Shown: piece by piece, positions 37,589-47,063 of the stretch
Layout: each line of letters starts with the position of its first letter
Numbering within the stretch: the stretch's first letter is position 1
Virus record (IMG/VR): IMGVR_UViG_2929701070_000001
Span: 1 to 64,000 of that record
Origin: a virus
Lineage: Duplodnaviria > Caudoviricetes
DNA length: 64,000 nucleotides
Strand: one strand, 5' to 3'
Program-made: the position numbers and the translations under genes
Notes under the pieces: model-generated
Told to the model about the DNA's origin: nothing
Seen by the model: only the letters and a program-made list of their open reading frames with translations
The model's database searches: none

Positions 37589-38016
37589 CCGGCGTGGGCG
37601 ACCAGGGAACCGCCGATCGGATCGCCCACTACCACCACGGGCTCGCCGACTGGCTACCCGACAGATGCGAGCACATCGGCCAAGGTTCGCAGCGGACCGT
37701 GTACGTCGACCACAACACCGGCACCGTCTACAAGATGGGCGACGACGGGGCGAACCGGCAGGAGGTATGTACGCTAGCCGAGCTGCGCGCCCGGGGAGTT
37801 GACCATGCTCCCCGCGCGACCCTTCACGAGGTGACCGTCCCCGACGGGTACGGCGACACGATCGCCTGCACGGTGGTGGCGATGCCCTACCTGCCCGACG
37901 ACGGCAGCGTGCCGCGCCCGTACCCGATCCTGGAAGGTGCGGCGGATTTCAACCCGAACGGCAACGTCCACGCCAACGGCGGGCAGCTCTGGCTGATCGA
38001 CGCTGGCGGTCTGTGA
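37585..38016 (+). CDS. minimal protein-kinase-like protein
   Basis: IGQGSQRTVY, VYK, NRQE, DFNPNGNV, LIDAG. Confidence 0.65.
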   Translation: MTGVGDQGTADRIAHYHHGLADWLPDRCEHIGQGSQRTVYVDHNTGTVYKMGDDGANRQEVCTLAELRARGVDHAPRATLHEVTVPDGYGDTIACTVVAMPYLPDDGSVPRPYPILEGAADFNPNGNVHANGGQLWLIDAGGL

Positions 38017-38054
38017 CCTAGACACGCATCCGCTACACGAGCTCCCCAGACACG

Positions 38055-38086
38055 GTGAAGGCCCGGCGGGCAGGCCGGGCCTTCAC
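38055..38086. terminator. hairpin terminator
   Basis: GTGAAGGCCCGGC ... GCCGGGCCTTCAC. Confidence 0.7.
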
Positions 38087-38211
38087 TACGTCGCAACGTC
38101 TCCCAATTCTAGCAGCGCACGAACACGCCGAGTACGGTCGATGTGACCGGCTGGCGTTTGGGCAGGAACGGTCGGCACCACAATCCACCCCTCGGGCAGG
38201 AGGGCACCACC

Positions 38212-39414
38212 ATGGCACGCACCGACTACATCGGCCTACGGGTCGCCCGCTGGCGTGACATCGCCGGCCTCACCCAGTTGGAGCTAGCCGACCGCGTCGG
38301 ATACTCCCGCGAGTACATCTCAATGATCGAAAACGGTTCGCGGATCGTCACCAAACGGTCCCTCCTCATCGCACTCGCCACCGCCCTCGGAGTGAGCGTG
38401 AACGACCTCACCGGCCAACCCGACCGGCCCCGATCCCGCGACGAACTCGCCGTCTACTCCGCCGTACCCAACCTGCGCGGCGCCCTCGATGACGAACCCG
38501 ACACCCTCCACCCCCTACACGTCGACCAGCTCACTGCTGGCGTCGACCAGGCGATGCGCGCCCGCATGATGTGCGACTACCCGGCCCTCGCCCGAATCCT
38601 GCCCAGCCTCATCGCCGACACCCGCCGCCTCGCCGACAGCGACAACCCCGCCGGCCTCGCCCTGTTCGTGCGTGCCGCCGTGTGCGCCGCGCTAACCATC
38701 AAACCGTTCGGCTACGTCGACCTGTCCGCCCGGCTGTCCGAACGCGCCGAACTCGCCGCACGCCTACTCGACCGGCCCGTCGAGCTCGCCGCCGCCCGCT
38801 TCGCCGCCGCGCAAACCGCCCTGTCATCCGGGACCTCCGGCGGGCAACGCCGCTCCCTGCACACCGCCGCGACCGCCGCCGCGCAACTCGGCGACAGCGG
38901 CGGCGACGACCACCTCAGCTGGTACGGCATGCTGCACCTGCACGCCGCACTGTCCGCCGCGTCCCTCGGCCGCACCACCGACGTAGCCACCCACCTCGCC
39001 GAAGCGGAGGCAACGGCGACACGCACCACCTCCGACCCGTGGCGCATGGAGTGGAGCCCCGCCAACGTGGCTGTGTGGCGGGTTGGTGTGGCCGTCGAGA
39101 ACGGCGAACCGGAGCGGGCACCCGAGTACGCGCGCCGTGTCGACCGCACCCAGCTGCGCACCGCCAACCGGCTCGCCCGCCTCCACATCGACGCTGGCCG
39201 CGGCCACTACGCGGCAGGGGAGCCCGAGCAGGCGGTGCGCCGATTCCTGGCCGCCGACGAAGTGTCCGGCCCGGAACTGCGGTCCCGCACGACAGTGCGC
39301 GAAATCGTCGCCCAGCTGGTGCGCGACGCCCGCCGCGGCGGCTCCGACGAACTGCGTGACCTCGCCGTGCGCATGGGTGTCGACCCCCTCGACCCCGACC
39401 ACCACCAGGTGTAA
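38212..39414 (+). CDS. XRE-family HTH regulator with helical-repeat C-terminus
   Basis: AGLTQLELADRVGYSREYISMIENG; actinobacterial 400-aa XRE type. Confidence 0.9.
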   Translation: MARTDYIGLRVARWRDIAGLTQLELADRVGYSREYISMIENGSRIVTKRSLLIALATALGVSVNDLTGQPDRPRSRDELAVYSAVPNLRGALDDEPDTLHPLHVDQLTAGVDQAMRARMMCDYPALARILPSLIADTRRLADSDNPAGLALFVRAAVCAALTIKPFGYVDLSARLSERAELAARLLDRPVELAAARFAAAQTALSSGTSGGQRRSLHTAATAAAQLGDSGGDDHLSWYGMLHLHAALSAASLGRTTDVATHLAEAEATATRTTSDPWRMEWSPANVAVWRVGVAVENGEPERAPEYARRVDRTQLRTANRLARLHIDAGRGHYAAGEPEQAVRRFLAADEVSGPELRSRTTVREIVAQLVRDARRGGSDELRDLAVRMGVDPLDPDHHQV

Positions 39415-39425
39415 CAGCCTGTTAC
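39411..39425. promoter_or_regulatory. palindromic operator
   Basis: GTAACAG-C-CTGTTAC overlapping the XRE stop codon. Confidence 0.55.
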
Positions 39426-39753
39426 GCAACTTGTACCGACATGCTCCTAGGGTCAGGGTAGAGGCGCGGCGGATCGTGGACAGTAGTCGCGGGTCGCCGC
39501 CGCCGACGTGAGTGTGGCGGCTGGCGGACCCCAGCCCCCCAGCCGCCACACCCCCATCCCACCTTGAGGGGGTCGGTGTGGACGACAGGTGGAGGCAGCA
39601 CAACAACCGGACGGTGCGCGTCACCGCCGACCCACCCCCCGCCGACAACAGCAACGACAGGTCCCGACTGGACAACCGGCGTGACTTCGCCGCCGGCGCA
39701 TCCAGGAACCGGATCAGCCGCAACCAGTCCCGCCGCCACCCGCGGGGGCAGCG

Positions 39754-40002
39754 GTGACCGTCGACCTGAACGTGCCGGCCGGCACCCGCCTGCACCTGCT
39801 CGGCGGCGAAATCCACCCCAACCCGACCGGCCGCGACGAACTCGTGTGGACCGTCGCCGTGTTCACACAGGCCGTCGCCGGCATGGTGTGGGTGCGCGGG
39901 CACGTGTGTGGAGGCCCCGAACCCGACTGCGCCGCTGGCTGGTGCTTCGAGGCGCGTGTCGCCGTGCACGCGATCCGCGCGAACCTGGCAGGTGCCCGAT
40001 GA
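39754..40002 (+). CDS. hypothetical protein
   Basis: WVRGHVC....C...WC; coupled starts. Confidence 0.65.
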   Translation: MTVDLNVPAGTRLHLLGGEIHPNPTGRDELVWTVAVFTQAVAGMVWVRGHVCGGPEPDCAAGWCFEARVAVHAIRANLAGAR

Positions 40003-40232
40003 GCGCCCCCACCCGCGCCCAGGTGAACGACTGGTGGCGCATCCTCGCCGAGCATCAGCAACGCGACGGCCGCTGCCCCCGCTGCGGCACCCGCGGCCGA
40101 TGCTGGGAACGGGCGGCGGCGCTGGCCGAGCTGATCGCCCACGACGTGTACCACCTCGGCCCGCCGCTCACCCCCGCCACGTCAACCGGCGGCAACCCGA
40201 CCGCCGGCCAGCCCGAAGGAGAAGTCCCGTGA
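39999..40232 (+). CDS. small Zn-binding protein
   Basis: H....GRCPRC.....CW. Confidence 0.6.
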   Translation: MSAPTRAQVNDWWRILAEHQQRDGRCPRCGTRGRCWERAAALAELIAHDVYHLGPPLTPATSTGGNPTAGQPEGEVP

Positions 40233-40456
40233 CGACCGACCAGCGCCCGCTCGGCCAGTGGTTCAAGTCGAGCAAGTCCGGCCCGAACTGCGACAACTGC
40301 GTGGAGGTGCAGTTCCTCGACGGCGGTGTGGTGCAGACCCGCGACAGCAAGAACCCCGGCGGTGCCGTGCACACGTGGCGGCCGGGTGAGTGGGACGCGT
40401 TCATCGCGGGCGCGAAGTCCGGCGAGTTCGACCGTCCGTCCGCCAGCACCATCTGA
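40229..40456 (+). CDS. DUF397 domain protein
   Basis: WFKSSKS...NCVEV...RDSK..G....W.AFIAGAK.GEFD. Confidence 0.92.
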   Translation: MTTDQRPLGQWFKSSKSGPNCDNCVEVQFLDGGVVQTRDSKNPGGAVHTWRPGEWDAFIAGAKSGEFDRPSASTI

Positions 40457-40471
40457 CATTCCTCCACCCGA

Positions 40472-40507
40472 CAGAACGGCCCCGCCCACGTCGGCGGGGC
40501 CGTTCTG
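40472..40507. terminator. hairpin terminator
   Basis: CAGAACGGCCCCGCC ... GGCGGGGCCGTTCTG. Confidence 0.7.
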
Positions 40508-40574
40508 GTGTAGACAGCGCGACACCCCCGCGACAGTGTCCGTAGGCATTGACGTTTGCCGGTACCGTCACCAC

Positions 40575-41045
40575 ATGGTCGCCGCCCGCCACGCCGCCGC
40601 AGTCCTCACCCTCACCGCCGCCGCCACCCTCACCGCCTGCGGCAGCGACAACAGCAACCCACCCGCACCCGCCAGCGCCCCCACCAGCAGCCGCGCCCCC
40701 CAACCCCACCTGGTACGCGGCACCCTCACCATCGGCTTGCCGAACTTCGCGTGGAACCCCGGCGAGGGATGCTGGGGACGCGAAACCCTCGCCGACGTCA
40801 CCGCAGGCACCCGCGTCATCGTCACCGACAACACCGGCGCGACCGTCGGCATAGGTGCCCTCGACGCCGGCTCGGTGATGATGAACCCCGACGACGCCGA
40901 ACGCGCCCAGTCCTGCCAGTTCACGTTCAAAGTCGCCGACGTGCCAGCAGGGAAAGGCTTCTACGGGGTAGAGATCAGCGGCGTGCCCGGCCGCGTGCAG
41001 GTGCCAGAATCCGACCTAGACGACCTGGTGCAGGTGACGGACTAG
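40575..41045 (+). CDS. lipoprotein
   Basis: signal peptide with lipobox LTAC; two further Cys. Confidence 0.8.
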   Translation: MVAARHAAAVLTLTAAATLTACGSDNSNPPAPASAPTSSRAPQPHLVRGTLTIGLPNFAWNPGEGCWGRETLADVTAGTRVIVTDNTGATVGIGALDAGSVMMNPDDAERAQSCQFTFKVADVPAGKGFYGVEISGVPGRVQVPESDLDDLVQVTD

Positions 41046-41509
41046 GCAGCCCGGCCCCGTCCGGCCCGACGCTCCGCTGGCCCGCCCGGTCACGGCGCAC
41101 CACCTCACGGGCGAGCCGGTCCACGCCGCGCGCCCGCTCCGCCTGCAACGCTTCCTCCTGCGCCGGGGTGCGCCGACGCGCGGCGCTCACCGCCGCGGTG
41201 ATCGCCGACCACCAGATGTCTGCCCGCATGAAAGTCCCCCCGGCAAGCTGCTTCCCGACAATCATTCATGATCGTCGGTGCGGTCGACCGTCGGCCACCG
41301 GTACGACATCGGCCCCCACCAGGCGAAACGGTGGGGGCCGAACGGCCGGCATGCCGGGTACGGTCAGCGGCGGTAGCGCCGGACCGGCTTACCCGACGCC
41401 AACACACCCACCCCGATCGCCGTGGCGAACGCCCACCCGATCAGGTTGGTGCCCGAACACGCCCCGACCGCCAGGAACACCCCCAACGCCACCCACAGCC
41501 GCGCCCCAC

Positions 41510-41920
41510 TCACCGCGCACCACCCGCGGTGCCGGTCTTGCGGGGGCGCCCACCGCCGACACCACGACCGGTCATGCCGCGCCGCCACGCGATCAGCTCG
41601 GCCTCCACATCGGCCAGGGTTTCCCCGTCCGCCCACGGCGCCCAGTACGGCACCGCGGACCCGCTGCGGAACTCCGGCACCTGGCCGGGCGGCAGCCCCA
41701 CGTAGCCCGACGGCGGGCGCAGCGGCCGGTGCGCGTACCGGCCACCCGGACGGGACTTGCGGACAGCGTCGAGCACGGTCGCGGGACTGATGACGGGCGC
41801 GTCGGGGTTGTTCTCCCGGTCAACGGCGGTGAACAGGGCCGCGACGTGCGCGGCGAGCAGGTACCCGCGCCGCGGGTCCGGCAGGGTGCTCGGGTAGGTG
41901 ATCGGCTCTCGGCGTGGCAT
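41510..41920 (-). CDS. putative DNA-binding protein
   Basis: AGGAG SD; ends WRR...GRGVGGGRPRK as in actinophage excisionase-like regulators (recollection). Confidence 0.55.
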   Translation of the reverse strand: MPRREPITYPSTLPDPRRGYLLAAHVAALFTAVDRENNPDAPVISPATVLDAVRKSRPGGRYAHRPLRPPSGYVGLPPGQVPEFRSGSAVPYWAPWADGETLADVEAELIAWRRGMTGRGVGGGRPRKTGTAGGAR

Positions 41921-41959
41921 CGGTGGTGCTCCTGTCGGCTGGTTGTGGCGGAGGTCAGG

Positions 41960-43957
41960 TTAGGCCGCACGCCGGCGGGCGGCGAGCAGGTCAGCGAACA
42001 CGTCCAGCGGCGCGACCGGGGCCGCCTTCGGCTCGGTGACAACGGCGGGCGGCGGGGCGACATCGGGCGTCGGCTCCGGCTCGGCCGGGTGGGTGCGCTC
42101 GGCGCCGTCGGCGGCGAGTAGCGCGGCATACGCGGCCAGGTACGCGGCGGCTTTCTCCTCGTACGCGCCCGGGTGCCGGTCGGTGAAGTCGGCACCCACG
42201 TAGTCATCCGGGACGCCGCAGACCCGCCGCCTGGCGATGCTCATACGCTGTGTGCGTGCCTTCTGGTTTCGCTTGTTCGTGTCCGCGATGCAGGAGGCGA
42301 CGAGCCTTTCCCACCGCTCGACGGCCGTCGTCTCCGGCTGCACCTCAACGACCGTCTCCGGCTCGGTGACGGGTCCGGGTGCGTTGACCGGCTCGGCTGC
42401 CTCTGCGGCAGGCTCCGGCATGCTTTCCGGCTCGGTGGGGGAGGCCGGCAACTCGGCGCGGTGCACGGCCAGCGGCTGCCACGGCTTGAACTCCCGCCGC
42501 GTGCCGTCGGCCAGGATGACCGCCCACCACCCGATGAACCGCTCCCCGGAGTAGTCGGGCCCGTCGTGGGGGATCACCTCGGCGACCGGGCCGCAGAACC
42601 CGCGCAGCAGCCGTTCGCCCATGCCAGCGAAACCCCGATCCCACCACCCGGCGACGATGTCGCCCGGCTGCACGTCCCGAACGTGCAGCCGCTCCGGCTC
42701 ACCCTCCGGCATCGTCCACGCGGGTTCCACCTCCGGCATGGCCGGCAGGCTGGCCCGGATGTCCGGCACCAACTCCCCGGCGGTCAGCCGGTCGAAGATG
42801 TCCACATAGGCGGCGGCCAACGCTCGGCGGGTGTCGGTGTCGTCGGGGTGCGGCTGGAACGCCTCCACCTCCGACCGCGCGGCGCCCAGGTCCAACCCGT
42901 GGGCGATGCGCTGCGCCCACCGCACGTGCTGCGCCTCACGCCGCGACGCGTCGTCGTGCCCGTCACGGTCGATCCACCGGGCCAAGTCCTCCCAGCGGGC
43001 CACCTTGCGCGCCAGGTCGACGGGCCACGCCTCGCCGTTCGGTGTGTCGAGCTGCATGCCGTCGCGCCGCCGGCCGCCGAGGTCGTCCCACGGCACGGTA
43101 TCCGTCCACGACCACGGCTGACCGTCGGCACCGTTCGGCTGCCCCAGCCCGATCAGCGGCGGCACACTGACGCTCTTACGGTTGACCCGGACTACCGGAT
43201 ACCAGACGCCGCGCACGTTCACCAAGTCACCCTTGCGGAAGTGCTCCGGCCCCCACGGCACGAACTCGCCCGACTCGGCCAACTTCCCCAGCTCTGCCCG
43301 CCAGTGCTCAATTTCCTCGGTCAGCCGTGCCACCTTGCTGGCGGCGCGCTCCCCGTAGTCGCGCTCCAACTTCCGCCGCTCCACCTCCAACCGTTCGATA
43401 CGCCGCATGGTCACCCGGGGATCCTGCCGGTGGGCCAGGTTGTGTCCGACCGCCTCGGCGCGGTGGGACAACTCGCGCGCCTTGTCGGCCGCCTCCCATG
43501 ACTTCTGGGTGTGGGCGTGGATCTTCTCGAACGCCCGCCGGTGCTTCCGCTCGGAGTGGTGCCCGATCTTGATGGGCTCCCCGAAAGGCATGTGGTCGCT
43601 GATCGCGTCGGCGGCGGCCCGCCGCGCCGACGACTCGGCGGCGGCCTTCCCGGCACGCTCGGCGTACCGGTCGGCCCGCCGGTCGGCGCGCTCGGCGCGG
43701 TCGGCTTCCCGCTCGGCAGTGGTGCGGGGGGTGTTGTCGATGTTCACGGTCACGTCGTGTCCGGCGTCGCGCAGTGCGTCGGCGGTGCGGTTGATGCGGG
43801 CGCGGTTGGCGTCCTTGTCGCGGCTCTGCCGGAGGTAGATGCCGACGTGCCGGCTGAAAGCCCAACCGTTGGCCTTGCAGATTTCCCATACGCCGTCACC
43901 CTTGCGAGATCCGGCGAGGGTGGTGCCGTCGGCGTGGGTGTGGGTGATGGTGAGCAC
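41960..43957 (-). CDS. DUF3560-domain multidomain protein
   Basis: R.ER...Y.ERA ... MPFGEPIKIGHHSERKHRR signature; FRKGDLV..RG.WYPVVRVNRKSV. Confidence 0.85.
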   Translation of the reverse strand: MLTITHTHADGTTLAGSRKGDGVWEICKANGWAFSRHVGIYLRQSRDKDANRARINRTADALRDAGHDVTVNIDNTPRTTAEREADRAERADRRADRYAERAGKAAAESSARRAAADAISDHMPFGEPIKIGHHSERKHRRAFEKIHAHTQKSWEAADKARELSHRAEAVGHNLAHRQDPRVTMRRIERLEVERRKLERDYGERAASKVARLTEEIEHWRAELGKLAESGEFVPWGPEHFRKGDLVNVRGVWYPVVRVNRKSVSVPPLIGLGQPNGADGQPWSWTDTVPWDDLGGRRRDGMQLDTPNGEAWPVDLARKVARWEDLARWIDRDGHDDASRREAQHVRWAQRIAHGLDLGAARSEVEAFQPHPDDTDTRRALAAAYVDIFDRLTAGELVPDIRASLPAMPEVEPAWTMPEGEPERLHVRDVQPGDIVAGWWDRGFAGMGERLLRGFCGPVAEVIPHDGPDYSGERFIGWWAVILADGTRREFKPWQPLAVHRAELPASPTEPESMPEPAAEAAEPVNAPGPVTEPETVVEVQPETTAVERWERLVASCIADTNKRNQKARTQRMSIARRRVCGVPDDYVGADFTDRHPGAYEEKAAAYLAAYAALLAADGAERTHPAEPEPTPDVAPPPAVVTEPKAAPVAPLDVFADLLAARRRAA

Positions 43958-43975
43958 TATTCCCCCTAGAATCTC

Positions 43976-44023
43976 TGCCCGTACTCTACGGGCAATGTTA
44001 CGGGATGGGTTGACCTGGCACAA
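43976..44023 (-). promoter_or_regulatory. promoter with downstream inverted repeat
   Basis: minus strand TTGTGC-17-TAACAT; TGCCCGTA-CTC-TACGGGCA; 15-mer shared with 48015-48029. Confidence 0.7.
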
Positions 44024-44063
44024 CCGGCCAGCCCGACACCGCGCCGGGCTGGCCGACCGTCCA

Positions 44064-44780
44064 CTACCGACGCGCCGCCAGCAGGTCGGCGAACACGCCC
44101 GCCGCCGTCTCGGCCGCCGGCTCCGTCGCCGGCTCGCCCACCTCGCCGGGCTCGGCAAGCCGCCAGTGCGGCGCGGACAGGATCACCGACCCCCGGTCCG
44201 TCTCGGCGATCAGCCCGCCCGGCTGCACCCCGTGCACGGTCGCCGACACCGCGGGCGAGTCGCACACCCACACCTGCCCGACCTCCGGTGCCGGGGTGGT
44301 GTCGGGGCGCATGCTCTCCGGCCCCACGTAGGCGGGCCCGAGGGCGGCCCGGTTCACCGTGTACACCACGTCGCCGTCGGGCGCGTGGGTCACCTCGGCG
44401 ACAACGCCGGCCGACTCGGTGCCCTGCCACCCCCACCGCACACCCACCCGGTCGCCAACCGCGTACGCGTCGGCGGATCCGTACCCGCCCGGCTCGGCCA
44501 GCTCGGCGACCGGCTCCGGCTCGGCGGCGGCCCTGATCAGGTCACGCTCGGCGCGGGCGGCGGCGTCCCGGTTCGGGAACGTCGGCGCCTGCTCGAACGG
44601 GCGCGAATCGCACACGATCCGCCATTTGCGGTCGGGGTAATTGCGGCTGACGCACCCGGACGCGCCGGACGGATACCGGACGTTGGTCACGTACCACCCG
44701 CCGTGACGCCACGGCGAGTAGGTCGGCTCCCAATCGTCGGCGGCGTCGGCGGGGGTGTGGGTGTGGGCGGTGCTGGCCAT
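44064..44780 (-). CDS. multidomain hypothetical protein
   Basis: AGGAGG SD after AC-rich leader; ends VFADLLAARR. Confidence 0.8.
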   Translation of the reverse strand: MASTAHTHTPADAADDWEPTYSPWRHGGWYVTNVRYPSGASGCVSRNYPDRKWRIVCDSRPFEQAPTFPNRDAAARAERDLIRAAAEPEPVAELAEPGGYGSADAYAVGDRVGVRWGWQGTESAGVVAEVTHAPDGDVVYTVNRAALGPAYVGPESMRPDTTPAPEVGQVWVCDSPAVSATVHGVQPGGLIAETDRGSVILSAPHWRLAEPGEVGEPATEPAAETAAGVFADLLAARR

Positions 44781-44899
44781 TGGTCGGCCCTCCTGTCTGG
44801 TCGGTTCGGTGGTTGGTTGGTGGTTGTGGTTGGTTCCGGGCGGTTGCCCCGCCGGCCGGTACCCGGTACAGCACCGGCCGCGGGGGTGGCGTCCGGCGC

Positions 44900-46039
44900 C
44901 TACGCGATGCGGGCGGCGGCCAGGTCGGCGAACGGGCTAACCGGTGCGGGCGCGGGCGCCACCTCGGCCAACGGGTTGGCCAGCGTGCACGCCGTCGCCC
45001 CCGGGCCGAGGATGCCGCACGGGTGCACGGCGCACCCCGTCAACACCTCCATGCCGTCCCACACGCCCGGCAGGTACGGGCCGGGACGCTCGCCCCGCAA
45101 CCGCCAGCACCCGCAGCCGAGCCGGTCGACCTGCTCGGCCACGAACCGAGCCACCGTCCGCGCGCCGGTCGTGTCCTCACACCACACCCGCACCCCATCC
45201 CACGCCCGCGGGCGGGTGCCGGCGGCCAGGTCGGCAGGCGTCAACGTCACCTCATGCCGCCCGGCACGTGCCACCGTCACCACATCGGCCGGGTCGAACC
45301 ACACGACCACCTGCGCGGCCGTCCCACCCGCCACCGTCTCCACCTGCTCGACACGCCGCGCGCCGAACTCCCGCCGCACCGCCTCCACCACCTCGGCGGA
45401 CGTCGCCGGCTCCGGCAGCGGCACCCCCGACGCGGAAACACGCCGCACCACCGCGTAACGCTTCCGCTCGGCCGTGGCGTGCGCGGCGTACTGGCACACC
45501 GTGTAGGCGTAGGAGGCGGCAGCGCCGACCGCCTCCGCGTCGGGGTGCGCGTGCTCCCGCCCCACCGCGTGGAAAGCGGCACCGTTCGCGACACCCGCCC
45601 CGCTGCGGTCGACCACGCCGATCACATCCGCGCCGACCTCGGTGCACACCACGATGCCCGCAGCCTGATACGCGGCGTTCTGCGCGGCGCGCAGCGTCTC
45701 ACCGGCCGCCCGTGCGGCGTTCCCGTCGGCCAGCGGCGCCAGCTCCCGCAGAATGCGGGCCATCTCCGCCAGCCCGCACGCGTCCAGCCAGGCGGGCGCG
45801 CACACCCTCGCCAACCAATCGAGCGACGCGAACCCGTACGCGGCGTTCTGCCGGGCGGCCTGCACCGCCGGCCCGGTGACGGTCGCGACCACCTGCACCC
45901 GGCCGCCGACGTGCGCGGCGTGGGCGATGTGGGCGACGCTGCCGCAGGTGCCGACCAGCCGCACACCGTGCGCGGCGTCGGGCATGATGGGCAGCCGCTC
46001 GGCGGGGCGGCTGTCGGTGGTCCTGATGGATGCGTACAT
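44900..46039 (-). CDS. multidomain hypothetical protein
   Basis: AGGAG SD after AC-rich leader; ends PFADLAAARIA. Confidence 0.75.
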   Translation of the reverse strand: MYASIRTTDSRPAERLPIMPDAAHGVRLVGTCGSVAHIAHAAHVGGRVQVVATVTGPAVQAARQNAAYGFASLDWLARVCAPAWLDACGLAEMARILRELAPLADGNAARAAGETLRAAQNAAYQAAGIVVCTEVGADVIGVVDRSGAGVANGAAFHAVGREHAHPDAEAVGAAASYAYTVCQYAAHATAERKRYAVVRRVSASGVPLPEPATSAEVVEAVRREFGARRVEQVETVAGGTAAQVVVWFDPADVVTVARAGRHEVTLTPADLAAGTRPRAWDGVRVWCEDTTGARTVARFVAEQVDRLGCGCWRLRGERPGPYLPGVWDGMEVLTGCAVHPCGILGPGATACTLANPLAEVAPAPAPVSPFADLAAARIA

Positions 46040-46127
46040 CTTTCGGTCTCCTGTCCGGTCGGTGCGGTTGGTGGTTGTGGTTGGTTGTCCGGGCGGTTGC
46101 CGTGCGGGCGGGCGGCGTCCGGCGCCG

Positions 46128-46538
46128 TCAGCAGGTACAGGCGGGCAGTACGGTTTCCGAGTCGCGCACCGGCTCGGCGAACCGCCGCTCCGGCGCCCCC
46201 GCGCACTCCGGCGGCAGCGTCCACGCGCCCAGGTAGAACCGCAACCGCCGCTCGGCGAACTCCACCCACCCGACCAGGTTTCGCGCCCGCCAATCCGACC
46301 GGACACGCGCGACACGGGCACGCTCCCGGGTGATCTGCTCGAACTCGCTGCGCAGCTGCCAAACGAGGTTGGTTCGGCGGCACTCCGGCCCGGTCTCACC
46401 GTGAAGGCGCATCCGGCAGCAGTACGCCGGCAGTTCGCTTTCGGTGACGGTCGCGGCGGGCAGGTCCCGGGTAGCGGCCTGATAGATGCCGTTGTCGTAC
46501 GGGTGGCCGGGTGTGGGGGTGGTGAGTACGCGTCGCAT
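46128..46538 (-). CDS. hypothetical protein
   Basis: GGAG SD after AC-rich leader. Confidence 0.7.
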   Translation of the reverse strand: MRRVLTTPTPGHPYDNGIYQAATRDLPAATVTESELPAYCCRMRLHGETGPECRRTNLVWQLRSEFEQITRERARVARVRSDWRARNLVGWVEFAERRLRFYLGAWTLPPECAGAPERRFAEPVRDSETVLPACTC

Positions 46539-46662
46539 GGCTGCTGGTCTCCGTTCGGTTGGTCCGGTCTGGTGGTGTGGTTGGTTCGGTTGCTCCGACG
46601 GTCCGGTGCCCCGTGGCCGCCGACCGGACCGGGTAGCCCGGTCGGCGCCAGGCGGGCACCGG

Positions 46663-46920
46663 CTACCGGGCGTCGGCGGGGCACAGGTCGGGGTCGTGTT
46701 CGCCGGCGGGCCATCCGCACACTTCGCACGTCTCGACACCACGTTCGTTAAGTTCGGTTTCGATGGCGACTAGCACGACTACCCAGGCCGCCCCATCGGC
46801 ACCGTGCACACTGCGCGAAAGGCCGCTGCCAAGTTTGTAGTCGCGGATCAGTTGGTCCGTAGATCGAGAGGTCACCATCGTGCGCATGTCGCTGCGTAGA
46901 TGCTGGGCCGTCTTCGCCAT
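46663..46920 (-). CDS. hypothetical protein
   Basis: AGGAGG SD; C-terminal CEVCG....H. Confidence 0.6.
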   Translation of the reverse strand: MAKTAQHLRSDMRTMVTSRSTDQLIRDYKLGSGLSRSVHGADGAAWVVVLVAIETELNERGVETCEVCGWPAGEHDPDLCPADAR

Positions 46921-47063
46921 TTCCGCCCTCCTGCGTTGTCGGTCATGGTGTCTGCCTCCGGCCGGTGCGGGTGATTCGGTCGGGTGGTTGGGCGAGGTTG
47001 CCCGGTTCCCCGCGGCCACCCGCCGGACCGTCACCGGCTCGGCGGGCACCGTGCGGGAACCGG

